DNA of 63,137 bases, the filler included, from Octopus bimaculoides (lineage: Eukaryota): assembly GCF_001194135.2 (NCBI RefSeq). It is 5 parts of 5 records of this genome, joined end to end, with 100 filler letters (N's around TTAATTAATTAA, not from the genome) between each part and the next. Parts side by side here need not be neighbours in the genome. Positions count along the whole stretch, not along the records: positions 60,491 to 63,137 come from NW_026313196.1; 4 more parts are not named here. One strand, given 5' to 3'. The translations under genes and the position numbers were made by a program. Below the pieces are notes generated by a model. That model saw nothing but the letters and a program-made list of their open reading frames with translations. It did no database searches and was not told the DNA's origin. Of the stretch, positions 63,098 through 63,137 are shown in pieces. The stretch's first letter is position 1. Each line of letters opens with the position of its first letter.

Positions 63098-63137
63098 AGA
63101 CTTATAAAATACGTATGTACATGTATATATATATATA

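Overview
AT-rich, microsatellite-dense eukaryotic scaffold with many N gaps. The SINE families and repeat texture suggest an octopus or other coleoid cephalopod genome (inference). There are no prokaryotic features and no CRISPR array. Host gene content is limited to a minus-strand, multi-exon sushi/CCP-domain gene: a 27-nt microexon (56369-56395), two phase-1/1 sushi exons (55346-55513 and 54057-54230; the second is absent from the ORF track and ends at a GC donor), and a possible 30-nt microexon about 31 kb downstream (23361-23390). The rest is decayed and nested transposons: two Tx1-clade LINEs flanking a dead RepHel Helitron; a head-to-tail stack of R4/Dong-like 3' ends in (AAT)n tracts; a Tc1/mariner (maT-like) element cleanly split by a non-autonomous Helitron; hAT, Tc1, pogo, Chapaev-like, RTE and Penelope fossils; several MITEs; and three tRNA-derived SINE families. 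Best candidates for follow-up are an intact-looking minimal hammerhead ribozyme (42950-42992) with a decayed relative (28745-28790), the microexon/GC-AG structure of the sushi gene, the microsatellite-targeted LINE stack, and intronic inverted repeats that could be A-to-I editing substrates. Assembly artefacts (six-frame-stop spacers, an Illumina adapter remnant, ORFs spanning Ns) are flagged. I do not see support for a wholly new multi-gene system.
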